Positions 20,394 through 29,203 of a stretch of DNA of 60,796 nt are shown piece after piece; the first letter of the stretch is position 1, and every line of letters starts with the position of its first letter. Below the pieces are notes generated by a model. That model worked only from the letters and a program-made list of their open reading frames with translations. It searched no databases and was not told where the DNA came from. A program made the translations under genes and the position numbers. The stretch lies in IMG/VR virus record IMGVR_UViG_3300033143_007105, positions 1 through 60,796 of that record. The stretch is one strand, 5' to 3'. The DNA comes from a virus. Taxonomy: Duplodnaviria; Caudoviricetes.

Positions 20394-20610
20394 TAAAACA
20401 ATGAATGATATAGTTGATAAAGTAAAAGAGAATAATATAAAACTTGATAATTGTTCTAGGCATAATTTTGTTTGTGTTAGTTCAGATCAAAATACATTTA
20501 AAAGATATCAATGTTTAAATTGTGGAGGATTTGTTTCCAATTCCGATAAGACTTGGTACGAAAAAGGTTTAGAACATGGATTAAAAACAGGGGAGAATGG
20601 AGATGATTAA
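20353..20610 (+). CDS. small zinc-binding hypothetical protein
   Basis: CSRHNF...CLNCGG...WYEKGLEHG. Confidence 0.55.
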   Translation: MKRMMKKKLKEKFNKTMNDIVDKVKENNIKLDNCSRHNFVCVSSDQNTFKRYQCLNCGGFVSNSDKTWYEKGLEHGLKTGENGDD

Positions 20611-20857
20611 TACAAAAGAGATGATTGATTTTTTGGATGAAAAATCTAGTACAGACAAATGGGTTGATAAACATCTTAAGGAAATAAAGCCAAATGAAAA
20701 TGAAATTGATGATGTTACGTATGTATTGGATCTTATAAAGAAAGGTTCAGTAAGAATTTCTTTTAGTAAAAATATTGAGAAATATCGGGATATTCTTTTA
20801 AAAATTGGAAAAAAGGAAATTCCTAATTTAGTTTTTGTTGGACAAGAGACAAAATAG
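20597..20857 (+). CDS. putative internal head/cargo protein (class-B leader)
   Basis: MINTKEMIDFLDE (start probably 20603). Confidence 0.65.
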   Translation: MEMINTKEMIDFLDEKSSTDKWVDKHLKEIKPNENEIDDVTYVLDLIKKGSVRISFSKNIEKYRDILLKIGKKEIPNLVFVGQETK

Positions 20858-20906
20858 TAGATTTTTATTTTAATTAAAAAGAGGTGGATTTTCAGGGAAA
20901 GTAAGG

Positions 20907-21320
20907 ATGATTAATAAATTAAAAATTATTACTTCAAGAGAAATGCTTTTATTTTTAGAAGCTAAAGATAAATATATTTTAGTAATGGAAGATGAAGATG
21001 GTATTTTAGATCTATTGAAAATTTATCTTAGTAAATACAAAGCATTAAAGGTTGAAGTTTTTTCTCAATTTAAGGAGGGTTTGTTTTTTCTTGCAGAGTA
21101 TTTTAAGAAGGTTGAATTAGTCATTGTGGATGGCATTGGTCCAGGTGATCCTAGAATTAGTCAAAAAATTTATTTATTGTGTAAAGATAAAGAAATTCCT
21201 GTTATTTATTCTACGGGTTCAAGCAGACCAAAATTTGTTGATGAAGAGGATTATTTAGGAAAACCTTTTAAGAGCAAAGATTTAATTTCATTAATAAAGA
21301 CAAAGAATATAGAGGTATAA
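20907..21320 (+). CDS. response-regulator receiver (CheY-like) domain with class-B leader
   Basis: ITSREMLLFLE leader; ILVMEDE, LVIVD phosphoacceptor, IPVIYSTG, YLGKPF. Confidence 0.8.
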   Translation: MINKLKIITSREMLLFLEAKDKYILVMEDEDGILDLLKIYLSKYKALKVEVFSQFKEGLFFLAEYFKKVELVIVDGIGPGDPRISQKIYLLCKDKEIPVIYSTGSSRPKFVDEEDYLGKPFKSKDLISLIKTKNIEV

Positions 21321-21511
21321 ATATGAAAACAGCAAAAAAGACACTTTAGAGAGATTGAGGGATATGAGTCCAGGATCATTAAAAGAATGTTATACAGAGG
21401 AATCTAGGATGTCTCAGATGCTATCTGAATCCTTTAAGAAAAGAAAAGAGAATATAAAGAGTAGTGCAATGGATTTAATGGAATCTATGAGCTAAGTTAT
21501 TGGAGAAGATG

Positions 21512-21955
21512 ATGATTACTTCAAAAGAAATGCTTTTATTTTTAGAAGGAAAGATAAAGAGTTTGCTTAACAAAGAACTTGATATAAATATAATAGGTTT
21601 CACTAAACTTAAAAAATGGAAGCTTGAAAAGAATGTTCATAATATTTATTGGCTTCAATCTCAAGATAAAAAAGATGTAAGGTTTCCGGTAATAGATGGA
21701 GAGGTTTTTGGTTTAAAAGAAAAAAGGAATACAGCTACTTTTATTATTCTCACTATTCCAGAAAATTTGAAAAACATTACTGCTAATATGAGAGGTCCAA
21801 TTATTATGGATCTTGATTCTATGTCTGCTGACCAGAGTGAAACAATAAATAAGAAAGCTGAATCTAGTTTCAAAGCTTATGATATTCTTATAAAACATTA
21901 TGAGAAACAAGGTAAAGAAGGGGAAGAAATTTTAAGGATTTTAAATAAGAAATAA
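21512..21955 (+). CDS. fliW: FliW-like protein with class-B leader
   Basis: MITSKEMLLFLE leader; IIGF, YWLQSQD...RFPVID, FIILTIPE...TANMRGPIIMD....ADQ match FliW motifs. Confidence 0.72.
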   Translation: MITSKEMLLFLEGKIKSLLNKELDINIIGFTKLKKWKLEKNVHNIYWLQSQDKKDVRFPVIDGEVFGLKEKRNTATFIILTIPENLKNITANMRGPIIMDLDSMSADQSETINKKAESSFKAYDILIKHYEKQGKEGEEILRILNKK

Positions 21956-21968
21956 GGAGATAGGTACA

Positions 21969-22346
21969 ATGTCTAAGGCAACAGAATTGTTGGAAAAGAT
22001 AAGGGAATTGAAGGAAGAAAACACTGATAATGATAAAGCTGAATTTCAGAAATATTTAGATGATTTTGAAAAAGAGTTGTCTAAAAAAGGTTTTGATAAA
22101 AATATTAAAATGGAACCAAGATACAGTTTACCAGTTGGTAATTTCAGTATTGATATTAGTAGTATCAAGTATCCGGAAACATCTGTTACAGTTTATAAAA
22201 AGGGTTGGAGTGTTAGTATTTCTCTTACACAAGGAAAAATGAGAGGTGGCCTTGTTATGGATAGGGGGGAATTTAGATCTAGGAAATTAAAAAATGTTCC
22301 CAAAATGTTGAAGCATGTATTAGATTTTGTGAAAGAAAAAATTTAA
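21969..22346 (+). CDS. putative internal head/cargo protein (class-A leader)
   Basis: MSKATELLEKIRELKEE. Confidence 0.65.
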   Translation: MSKATELLEKIRELKEENTDNDKAEFQKYLDDFEKELSKKGFDKNIKMEPRYSLPVGNFSIDISSIKYPETSVTVYKKGWSVSISLTQGKMRGGLVMDRGEFRSRKLKNVPKMLKHVLDFVKEKI

Positions 22347-22366
22347 GAAATGAGGAGAATAACAAT

Positions 22367-22990
22367 ATGTCTAAAGCAAGAGAAATCTTAGAAAAAATAA
22401 AAGATTTTAAAGCTTTAATAGAAAGTAAATCTATTAATGACATAACAACCTTGGATGATTTAAAAAATATTGATTATAATAATTTAACAATCTTAAATAA
22501 GATTGTTAAATGTCAAGAAGTTGAAAGTATGATTTCTCCTAGAACTGTTGAAAAATTTTATAATATAAAAAACATACTACTGGACAAAGGTGAGGTTGTT
22601 CAAAAACACAAGGGATTATATTCATATTATTTAGTTATTAAATATAAAGGAGATCTTTTTCATAAACCAGTGAGTGAGAGTGAGTATAATTTATATAGCG
22701 TACCATCAGGTTCATTAAAAACTGGATTGAAATTTTTTCTTAGCAGTGTTAGTGGTAACACAAAAGATAAAATTGAAATAATTAAAGGGAAATTGAAAAA
22801 ATTTATTAGTTCTCATGATTCTAAGATTAAATCCATAAAAATAATACCAAGGAAGAATAAAGCTAAAAAAATGGTAAAAGAATTAGGTGATGTAGCTAAA
22901 TTAATAAAAGATGATGGTTTGGATTATGTTTTAGAATTTCCAGGAAAAATTTTTAAGAGAATAGATAAAAAACAAATAAAGATATTATAG
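22367..22990 (+). CDS. putative internal head/cargo protein (class-A leader)
   Basis: MSKAREILEKIKDFKALIE. Confidence 0.65.
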   Translation: MSKAREILEKIKDFKALIESKSINDITTLDDLKNIDYNNLTILNKIVKCQEVESMISPRTVEKFYNIKNILLDKGEVVQKHKGLYSYYLVIKYKGDLFHKPVSESEYNLYSVPSGSLKTGLKFFLSSVSGNTKDKIEIIKGKLKKFISSHDSKIKSIKIIPRKNKAKKMVKELGDVAKLIKDDGLDYVLEFPGKIFKRIDKKQIKIL

Positions 22991-23002
22991 GAGAATAACA
23001 AT

Positions 23003-23749
23003 ATGTCTAAGGCAAAAGAAATTTCAAAAAAGATACATGAATTTTGGGACGGAGATACTTCCATCATTCCAATAAAACCAAACAATGTTAAAAAAGCTTT
23101 TCAAAAAAGATTAGCATATTTTGAAATGGATGGAGTATCAGTTGATGAAGTTGATATTGATCTGGAAGGGAATATTAGGGTAACTTTCTCTGATTATGAA
23201 GATGATGTTATGGAAGTTCTTTTTGGTTATGATGAGGATAATGATGAAGGTTCCTACGCAATGATTCTTGGTGAAGATGATGATGAAGATTATTTCATTA
23301 TGGATCTTGATCCTATGAATCCAGTAATTCTTCAAACTGAACAATTTGGAAAGTATGTAAACCTTACTGATCTATCTTGGGTTAATAAAAGTATGTTTGC
23401 TTCTATGTTCTCAATTGGTGAGATTGATTTTTTCACAGAGAGTAAAGTAAGGGAAGGTTATGAAGGAAATTTATCTGATGATTTTAAGGGGTATGAGAAG
23501 ATCAAGGATGAAGCATTTAAGACAGTTGTGAGGGGAGGTAAAAAGATTAAACTTCCAGTTGTAAGAAGAAAAAGGAAAAAAGTATTAACATCAAAACAGA
23601 GAGCAGGGATTGTAAGGGCAAAGAGAAAAAGAAAAATGACTATGAAAAAAAGTTCAACAAAATTAAAAAGAGCCAAATCGTTAAAGATCAGGAAGAGGTT
23701 AGGGTTGAAGAAAAAGAGTCTTCCTAAAGGGTACAAAGTGAGAAGATGA
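23003..23749 (+). CDS. prohead core protein (T4 gp68-like) with class-A leader
   Basis: Acidic N-terminal half, very basic C-terminus LTSKQRAGIVRAKRK...KRAKSLKIRKRLGL resembling gp68; leader MSKAKEISKKIHE. Confidence 0.6.
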   Translation: MSKAKEISKKIHEFWDGDTSIIPIKPNNVKKAFQKRLAYFEMDGVSVDEVDIDLEGNIRVTFSDYEDDVMEVLFGYDEDNDEGSYAMILGEDDDEDYFIMDLDPMNPVILQTEQFGKYVNLTDLSWVNKSMFASMFSIGEIDFFTESKVREGYEGNLSDDFKGYEKIKDEAFKTVVRGGKKIKLPVVRRKRKKVLTSKQRAGIVRAKRKRKMTMKKSSTKLKRAKSLKIRKRLGLKKKSLPKGYKVRR

Positions 23750-24987
23750 TTACTTCAGAAGAAATGTTGGATTTCTTAGATGAAAAACAAATAGAGGAGG
23801 GACAAGTAATTTCATATAAGACTATCCTTAAATGGAAGCAAGATTTGAATACTATTATTAAAGGTATTCGGCAAACAAGATATAAGAACATCAAGGATGC
23901 TATATCAGATTATTCAAAAATAGAGAAAATGATTAATGTCTATTTTAAGAATCTTAAGGAATTCTTGGAACGTGATTTAGGTTTCATATTTGATGCAAAG
24001 GACTATCACACACTCCGGGGAATTCCAAAGATTGAGAGGATAATTGATAATTATAGAAAATTGAGAACTGCTTTTTCACAAGGTCTATCTGATCCTGAGC
24101 ATTGGATTAGTTCTTATAACTTAGATGCAGAAATAAATAAAAAACGGCTTGATAATGAGGAGGAGATTGATTGTGGAGAATATGGAATGGTTAAGGCTAT
24201 TGATTACTATGTGAATGGGAGGTATAGAGATTTTGGAAAAACACTTTCCAAACAACAACAATTTAATCCAGAAACAAGAAGGTGGGGTAAAGATAAAAGT
24301 ATTGAAGAAATAGCAGAACAGCTTTGGACAGTAATTAGGGATTGGATAAAAAAACATTCTAAAGATGGGGACAAAAAAGAATTTGATAATCCTATTACTG
24401 CTCCACTAAAGTATACATTGGGGAAATTGATATTTGTAAATTCCATGAAGCTCGGTATTGGTAGTCTCAAAAACATAATGAAAGGTATTAAACCTGCTAT
24501 TGCTAAACTAAAAAGAGTTCTTCCAGAGGTTCTTTATGGTGATGTTTATATAACTGAGAAACCGGAAAGAGAGATAACCATTAAAGTTACTGGAAGAAAA
24601 TCAGGAGTAGCAGGGATATATAATATAGCAAAGGATAATGTTAGTCTTTATTTTAAAAAGCTTTCAATGAGTGAAATTGCCTATGTTGAAAATGTATTAA
24701 TACATGAGCTTGCTCACAGGTATTATTACAAGTTTATGGACTCATCCAAAAGACAACAATGGGAGCATTTCTTTCAGGACCTAAGAAAAGAAGGAGTATC
24801 TGATTATAGTTCTCAGAACCCTGCTGAGGATTTTGCTGAAACCATGATGGATTATATTATGAAGAAAGGCCAATTGAAACAAAAGGATGCTAGAGATAGA
24901 CTTAAGGTAATATTAAAGGGAAAGAAATATTTTGAAAGTAAAGCAAAAGAAATACTATATAAAATACAGGAATTAAGGGAGATTTAA
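23746..24987 (+). CDS. zincin metallopeptidase-domain cargo protein (class-B leader)
   Basis: MITSEEMLDFLDE; AGIY, VLIHELAH, VSDYSSQNPAEDFAE. Confidence 0.75.
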   Translation: MITSEEMLDFLDEKQIEEGQVISYKTILKWKQDLNTIIKGIRQTRYKNIKDAISDYSKIEKMINVYFKNLKEFLERDLGFIFDAKDYHTLRGIPKIERIIDNYRKLRTAFSQGLSDPEHWISSYNLDAEINKKRLDNEEEIDCGEYGMVKAIDYYVNGRYRDFGKTLSKQQQFNPETRRWGKDKSIEEIAEQLWTVIRDWIKKHSKDGDKKEFDNPITAPLKYTLGKLIFVNSMKLGIGSLKNIMKGIKPAIAKLKRVLPEVLYGDVYITEKPEREITIKVTGRKSGVAGIYNIAKDNVSLYFKKLSMSEIAYVENVLIHELAHRYYYKFMDSSKRQQWEHFFQDLRKEGVSDYSSQNPAEDFAETMMDYIMKKGQLKQKDARDRLKVILKGKKYFESKAKEILYKIQELREI

Positions 24988-24988
24988 T

Positions 24989-26539
24989 ATGATTACTTCA
25001 AAGGAGATGTTAGATTTTCTTGAACAACAAATGTCTATAGATACTGCTTTAGATTTTCTTGATCTAACAGCAGATGATTTAGGAGATGTTGATAAAATTA
25101 AAAAAGCATACAAAAAAGCAGCAGTAAAAAATCATCCGGATCATGGTGGATCTGATGATGCTATGAAGAATGTTAATCTTGCCTATGAACTTTTAAAAGC
25201 TTCTAAGGTTTCATTTGTTAAACATGAATATGATTTTGATAAGATGAATAAGGAGTATCAAGAACTTGGAAAAAAGGTTAAAGATGAACTTGTCAATGCT
25301 TTTAGACCAGAAATATTTACAAGTTATTTTCAAGATATTTTTAAGAAGGAATTCAAAGGAGAAATCACATCTACTTTTCCCAAGGAAAGTCAAAGAAATC
25401 CTACTAATGCTGGTTTTAGTGCTGAAATATTCACTTTGGACAAGAGAATAGTTTTTAGTATATATGTGTCAGTTTATCTTGTTGATGTTAAATATGGCCA
25501 GTCTCTTGGTGGAGGTTCTGGGGGAATAGATTATACAGTGGATGTTACAGCTCATGGTTTATATGACAGAAGAAAGCAAAAGATCTCTAGGAGAGATTAT
25601 AAAAGAATATCAAACCAAGTGGTATTACTTGATCCAAAGGTTATTTTTCCAAAAGCAAAGATTACAAAAATAGTTAAAGAACCAAAAAGAAAATCTTTCA
25701 AAAGAAGGGATATGTATTTATCTCTTCAAAAAGAACTCAAAGCAAAGACTGTTGATGAATGGGTTTATATCCCTTTAAATGATAAAGGATGGGAGCTTGT
25801 TATCTTTAGAATGACTTTTCGCAGAGTTGCAGGTTGGATGATTAATGGACTATATCTGAGGACAGGTAAATTGGGTAGCAGTTCAAGAAAATATCAGCTT
25901 AAGACAAAATCTTTCCCAGAAAAGGAAGAACTTATTGAATTTATAAAAGAACTTCAAAAGAAATCAAAAAATCTTGAAGATAAAAAACTTGCTGGTATGT
26001 TAGATAAGGAAATCCAAGCAAAGGAAATAAAACATGATGAGGGGTTTAATATGAGTAGAGCAAGAGAAGTGTTAGAAAAAATAAGGGAATTAAAAGAATC
26101 CTCTTATCCAACATACAAAAAAGGAGATTGGAAAAAGAATCCTCCAGATACAATTTATTTTGATAAGGAATTTGGTGTGTGTATGGCTTATAAAGATTTT
26201 CTTTATCAACCAGGAACAGGTGGTACTATGAATTATCAAACTCCTGGAGGAAAATTCAAGTATGTTAAAGTTAAATCAGATGATGATTTTAAAAAAATGA
26301 TTGATAAGGGAGAAATCAAAGAATCTCTAACAGAAGCAAACTTTAAAACAGCAAATATGGTTGAACTTGCAAAAGATATTGAAGTTAAAGGTAGGAAGTT
26401 TTTAAAAGGAACTGTACTTGATATTCTCAAAGTTGATACTTCTCCAAAGGAAGTGATAATATCAGTGGAATCCCCCGGAGGAATAAAATTTGATTTGAAA
26501 TGTAAATCTGAAAAGGATTTTGAACATAAGTTGTTTTAA
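24989..26539 (+). CDS. J-domain (DnaJ-like) cargo protein, fused in frame to a second leader-tagged unit starting at 26051
   Basis: MITSKEMLDFLE; IKKAYKKAAVKNHPDHGGS...VNLAYELLK (HPD motif); internal GAGGGG + ATG MSRAREVLEKIRELKES. Confidence 0.8.
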   Translation: MITSKEMLDFLEQQMSIDTALDFLDLTADDLGDVDKIKKAYKKAAVKNHPDHGGSDDAMKNVNLAYELLKASKVSFVKHEYDFDKMNKEYQELGKKVKDELVNAFRPEIFTSYFQDIFKKEFKGEITSTFPKESQRNPTNAGFSAEIFTLDKRIVFSIYVSVYLVDVKYGQSLGGGSGGIDYTVDVTAHGLYDRRKQKISRRDYKRISNQVVLLDPKVIFPKAKITKIVKEPKRKSFKRRDMYLSLQKELKAKTVDEWVYIPLNDKGWELVIFRMTFRRVAGWMINGLYLRTGKLGSSSRKYQLKTKSFPEKEELIEFIKELQKKSKNLEDKKLAGMLDKEIQAKEIKHDEGFNMSRAREVLEKIRELKESSYPTYKKGDWKKNPPDTIYFDKEFGVCMAYKDFLYQPGTGGTMNYQTPGGKFKYVKVKSDDDFKKMIDKGEIKESLTEANFKTANMVELAKDIEVKGRKFLKGTVLDILKVDTSPKEVIISVESPGGIKFDLKCKSEKDFEHKLF

Positions 26540-26650
26540 TGAAAAGGAAAAAGGTAATTTGTCCTAAATGTGGAAAAGAAACATTTATTAATTATGAATA
26601 TAGTGATAAAGAATTTGTAATGCTTGGTTGTGAATGTGAGGTTAAAATAA

Positions 26651-26887
26651 GTGACATTAAAGAAGAAAAAAGTAAATGAAGAGGAAGAAAAGGAAAGCTT
26701 ACAAAAAAGAATTGTAAGACAGATTATCCGGATCTCTTCTCAGTATTTAATAGCAAAAGAAGAGAAAAGGAAAGTTGATCTTAATACTTCATTAGTCCTT
26801 CTTCAATCAGCTTTACAAATAACTGATGATAGACAAGCTGATAGAGTTTTAAAAACAGCGTTAAAGATAGAGAGGAAAAGAAAATGA
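26651..26887 (+). CDS. hypothetical protein
   Basis: GTG start with GAGG; stop overlaps next ATG. Confidence 0.5.
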   Translation: MTLKKKKVNEEEEKESLQKRIVRQIIRISSQYLIAKEEKRKVDLNTSLVLLQSALQITDDRQADRVLKTALKIERKRK

Positions 26888-27063
26888 TTAAAGCACAAGA
26901 AATGTTAAAATTTTTGGGTGAGAAAGGGCAATATAGTCCGGATATAGAGGGACTTGATTCTTTAGTGGATGATTTGGGTATGGATTTAGCCACATTAGAA
27001 TTTAAATTGTCTAAAGAATTTTCAGGGGATAAAAGGAAAAAGATTTTTATGCAAAATTTTTAA
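26884..27063 (+). CDS. small class-B-leader ORF (59 aa, not in ORF track; possibly frameshifted, continuing to about 27140)
   Basis: MIKAQEMLKFLGE... Confidence 0.55.
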   Translation: MIKAQEMLKFLGEKGQYSPDIEGLDSLVDDLGMDLATLEFKLSKEFSGDKRKKIFMQNF

Positions 27064-27142
27064 GCACTTTGATTGGTTATGCTGTAAGAATAGGGGAAAT
27101 AAAAAGTCAAATAGATAAGGATTATAAAAGGATAAAATAAAA

Positions 27143-27844
27143 ATGATATTTCAAACTGACCAGGATGCAAAACTTTTTTGTATTGAGATTGGTAAACCTG
27201 AACTTATAGAAAAAGCAAATAAAGATTGGAAACCAGAATCTAGTCATATCAAGCTTTTTGTTAAGAAGAGAAAAGATCTTGTTGGTAAATTAAAGAATTT
27301 TAGGAAATCTCAAAACACAAAAGCAGAGTGGAGAAAATACAGATATAAACTTATGAAGGGGATTAGACGTTTTCATAAATCCACTAAAGGGAAACGGTTT
27401 CATAGAAATCTTGGAAAGTTTTTAATTAGGCATATTGTTGATAAAGGAGAAGCATCAAAAAAAAGTAAAGATAATAGATATGAATCCTTGTATAGTGGAA
27501 GTGCTATATATGAAGTTTTAAAATCTCTTTCTAGTATTAAAACTCATTTTTATATTGAACAACAATATTATATGCCTATTAGTGAAGAAGTTGAATTTTC
27601 TTTTCTTTTTGAGGAGGTGAGAGAGTCTATAGAGGAGGTTGAGAGATCTATTTTAGTGAAAAATAATAATTTTAAAGAAAAAAATATTTTTTGGTTATCA
27701 GAAGTAGTTGAAAAAGACAACCTCCTTAAAACTATAAGTGAATTGTTAGGAAAAGAACTTGAAGAAGTTGAAAAAAGGTATAATATTTTAGAAAAAAATG
27801 ATTTAAGTGTTATTGAAATTTTAAGAAAACTGTTAAAGAAATGA
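27143..27844 (+). CDS. hypothetical basic head-region protein
   Basis: RKSQNTKAEWRKYRYKLMKGIRRFHKSTKGKRFHRNLG. Confidence 0.6.
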   Translation: MIFQTDQDAKLFCIEIGKPELIEKANKDWKPESSHIKLFVKKRKDLVGKLKNFRKSQNTKAEWRKYRYKLMKGIRRFHKSTKGKRFHRNLGKFLIRHIVDKGEASKKSKDNRYESLYSGSAIYEVLKSLSSIKTHFYIEQQYYMPISEEVEFSFLFEEVRESIEEVERSILVKNNNFKEKNIFWLSEVVEKDNLLKTISELLGKELEEVEKRYNILEKNDLSVIEILRKLLKK

Positions 27845-28242
27845 ATAAAAATAATATTTGTAAGATTTGTGGTTATATTGGTGCTGAGGTTGGAGGTGAT
27901 ATTTCTTATCATGTTAAAAAAATCCATAAACTAAAACCACATGATTATTTTGATAAGTTTATTCTTGAAAATAAAATTCCAACTTGTATGAAACAAGGTT
28001 GTGAAATTAATTTACCTTATAGGAAAAGATATACTCCTGATTTTTATTTACCAGATTTTGATTTTTGGATAGAAGTAAAACCTTTTTGTTTTCAGGATAA
28101 TATGATGGATTTTATAATGAGTATGCAAAGATGCCATCATAAACAACTTATATATCTGGACAAAAAACAATTTGAATATTTTTTGTGGAGTTTATTAGAT
28201 GCTCAAAGCGAAGGAAATGTTGGAGTTTTTAGGAATAAATGA
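27841..28242 (+). CDS. Zn-finger + PD-(D/E)XK endonuclease, short (probably degenerate) copy
   Basis: CKICG...HVKKIH...YFDKF; YTPDFYLPDFDFWIEVK. Confidence 0.65.
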   Translation: MNKNNICKICGYIGAEVGGDISYHVKKIHKLKPHDYFDKFILENKIPTCMKQGCEINLPYRKRYTPDFYLPDFDFWIEVKPFCFQDNMMDFIMSMQRCHHKQLIYLDKKQFEYFLWSLLDAQSEGNVGVFRNK

Positions 28243-28432
28243 AACATCAGCATTGGTAAATGATTTTGCTGATAAGACAGGGAAGAGTGTTGAAGAAATT
28301 GAAAATATGTGGAAAGCAATAAAAGCAAGTTTAATAAAACAGGGCAATGATGAAGAAAGTCCTAATTTTTATAGATTACTTGTTGGGATAATGAAAAAGA
28401 ATCTAGGTTTAATAAAAAATAAGGGGAAATAA
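28199..28432 (+). CDS. putative internal head/cargo protein (class-B leader)
   Basis: MLKAKEMLEFLGINE; ADKTGKSVEEIENMW. Confidence 0.65.
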   Translation: MLKAKEMLEFLGINETSALVNDFADKTGKSVEEIENMWKAIKASLIKQGNDEESPNFYRLLVGIMKKNLGLIKNKGK

Positions 28433-28436
28433 AATT

Positions 28437-28697
28437 ATGAAAACAAAAGCACAAGAAATGTTGGATTTTTTGGATGAGAAAGAGTTTCCTAAATTTGGAG
28501 ATGATGTTAAAAAAGCTTTAAAATCTTTAGTGGGGGAAACTGAAGATGATTTGGGTGTGCTTGTGAATCTTGAGGCAAGGATGGATGATGAAGATTTTGA
28601 TTCAACAAAAGAAAAAGATATTAGAAAATATTTATTAAAGTATAAAATAGATAAAAATATAATTGATAAATATATCAAAGCTTGGAAAAAGATATAA
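28437..28697 (+). CDS. putative internal head/cargo protein (class-B leader)
   Basis: MKTKAQEMLDFLDE. Confidence 0.65.
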   Translation: MKTKAQEMLDFLDEKEFPKFGDDVKKALKSLVGETEDDLGVLVNLEARMDDEDFDSTKEKDIRKYLLKYKIDKNIIDKYIKAWKKI

Positions 28698-28804
28698 AAT
28701 AACATTTTTTGCTTGCTGCATTATAATAATATTGATAAATTAATAAATGCTTGATAAGATTAGAAATAATGATATAAATATTTATAAGAAATGAGGATGG
28801 TAAT

Positions 28805-29176
28805 ATGAAAACTAAAGCACAGGAAATGTTGGATTTTTTGAATGAAGATAAACATGAACAAAAATTGGGTGATTCTTTAGTATTTTTTGATATTAAGGAT
28901 TTAACTTTTTTATCTAAGGATATTTTGGAAATAGAAGAAGGTTTTGCAGATACTTGGGATTCTAAATGGACACCACCTGAAGGTTTGTCAGATAAAAAAG
29001 CAGGGACAATAGCAAAAATAATAGCTGCTACTGGTAAAACATTAAAAAATGCTACTGATAAATTAAATTTTTTTATTAACAGGGCAGGTAATAAGATGGA
29101 TCCGGACAAATTGATAAAAATGAAACGTGTTCTTGATATTTTGAGTGATATGAAAAAATTTAAAAAGAAAAAATAA
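28805..29176 (+). CDS. DUF3175-like cargo protein (class-B leader)
   Basis: MKTKAQEMLDFLNE; KWTPPEGL...IAKII...LNFFINRAGNKM. Confidence 0.6.
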   Translation: MKTKAQEMLDFLNEDKHEQKLGDSLVFFDIKDLTFLSKDILEIEEGFADTWDSKWTPPEGLSDKKAGTIAKIIAATGKTLKNATDKLNFFINRAGNKMDPDKLIKMKRVLDILSDMKKFKKKK

Positions 29177-29203
29177 TATTTTATAAGGAATGGAGATTTA
29201 GAT

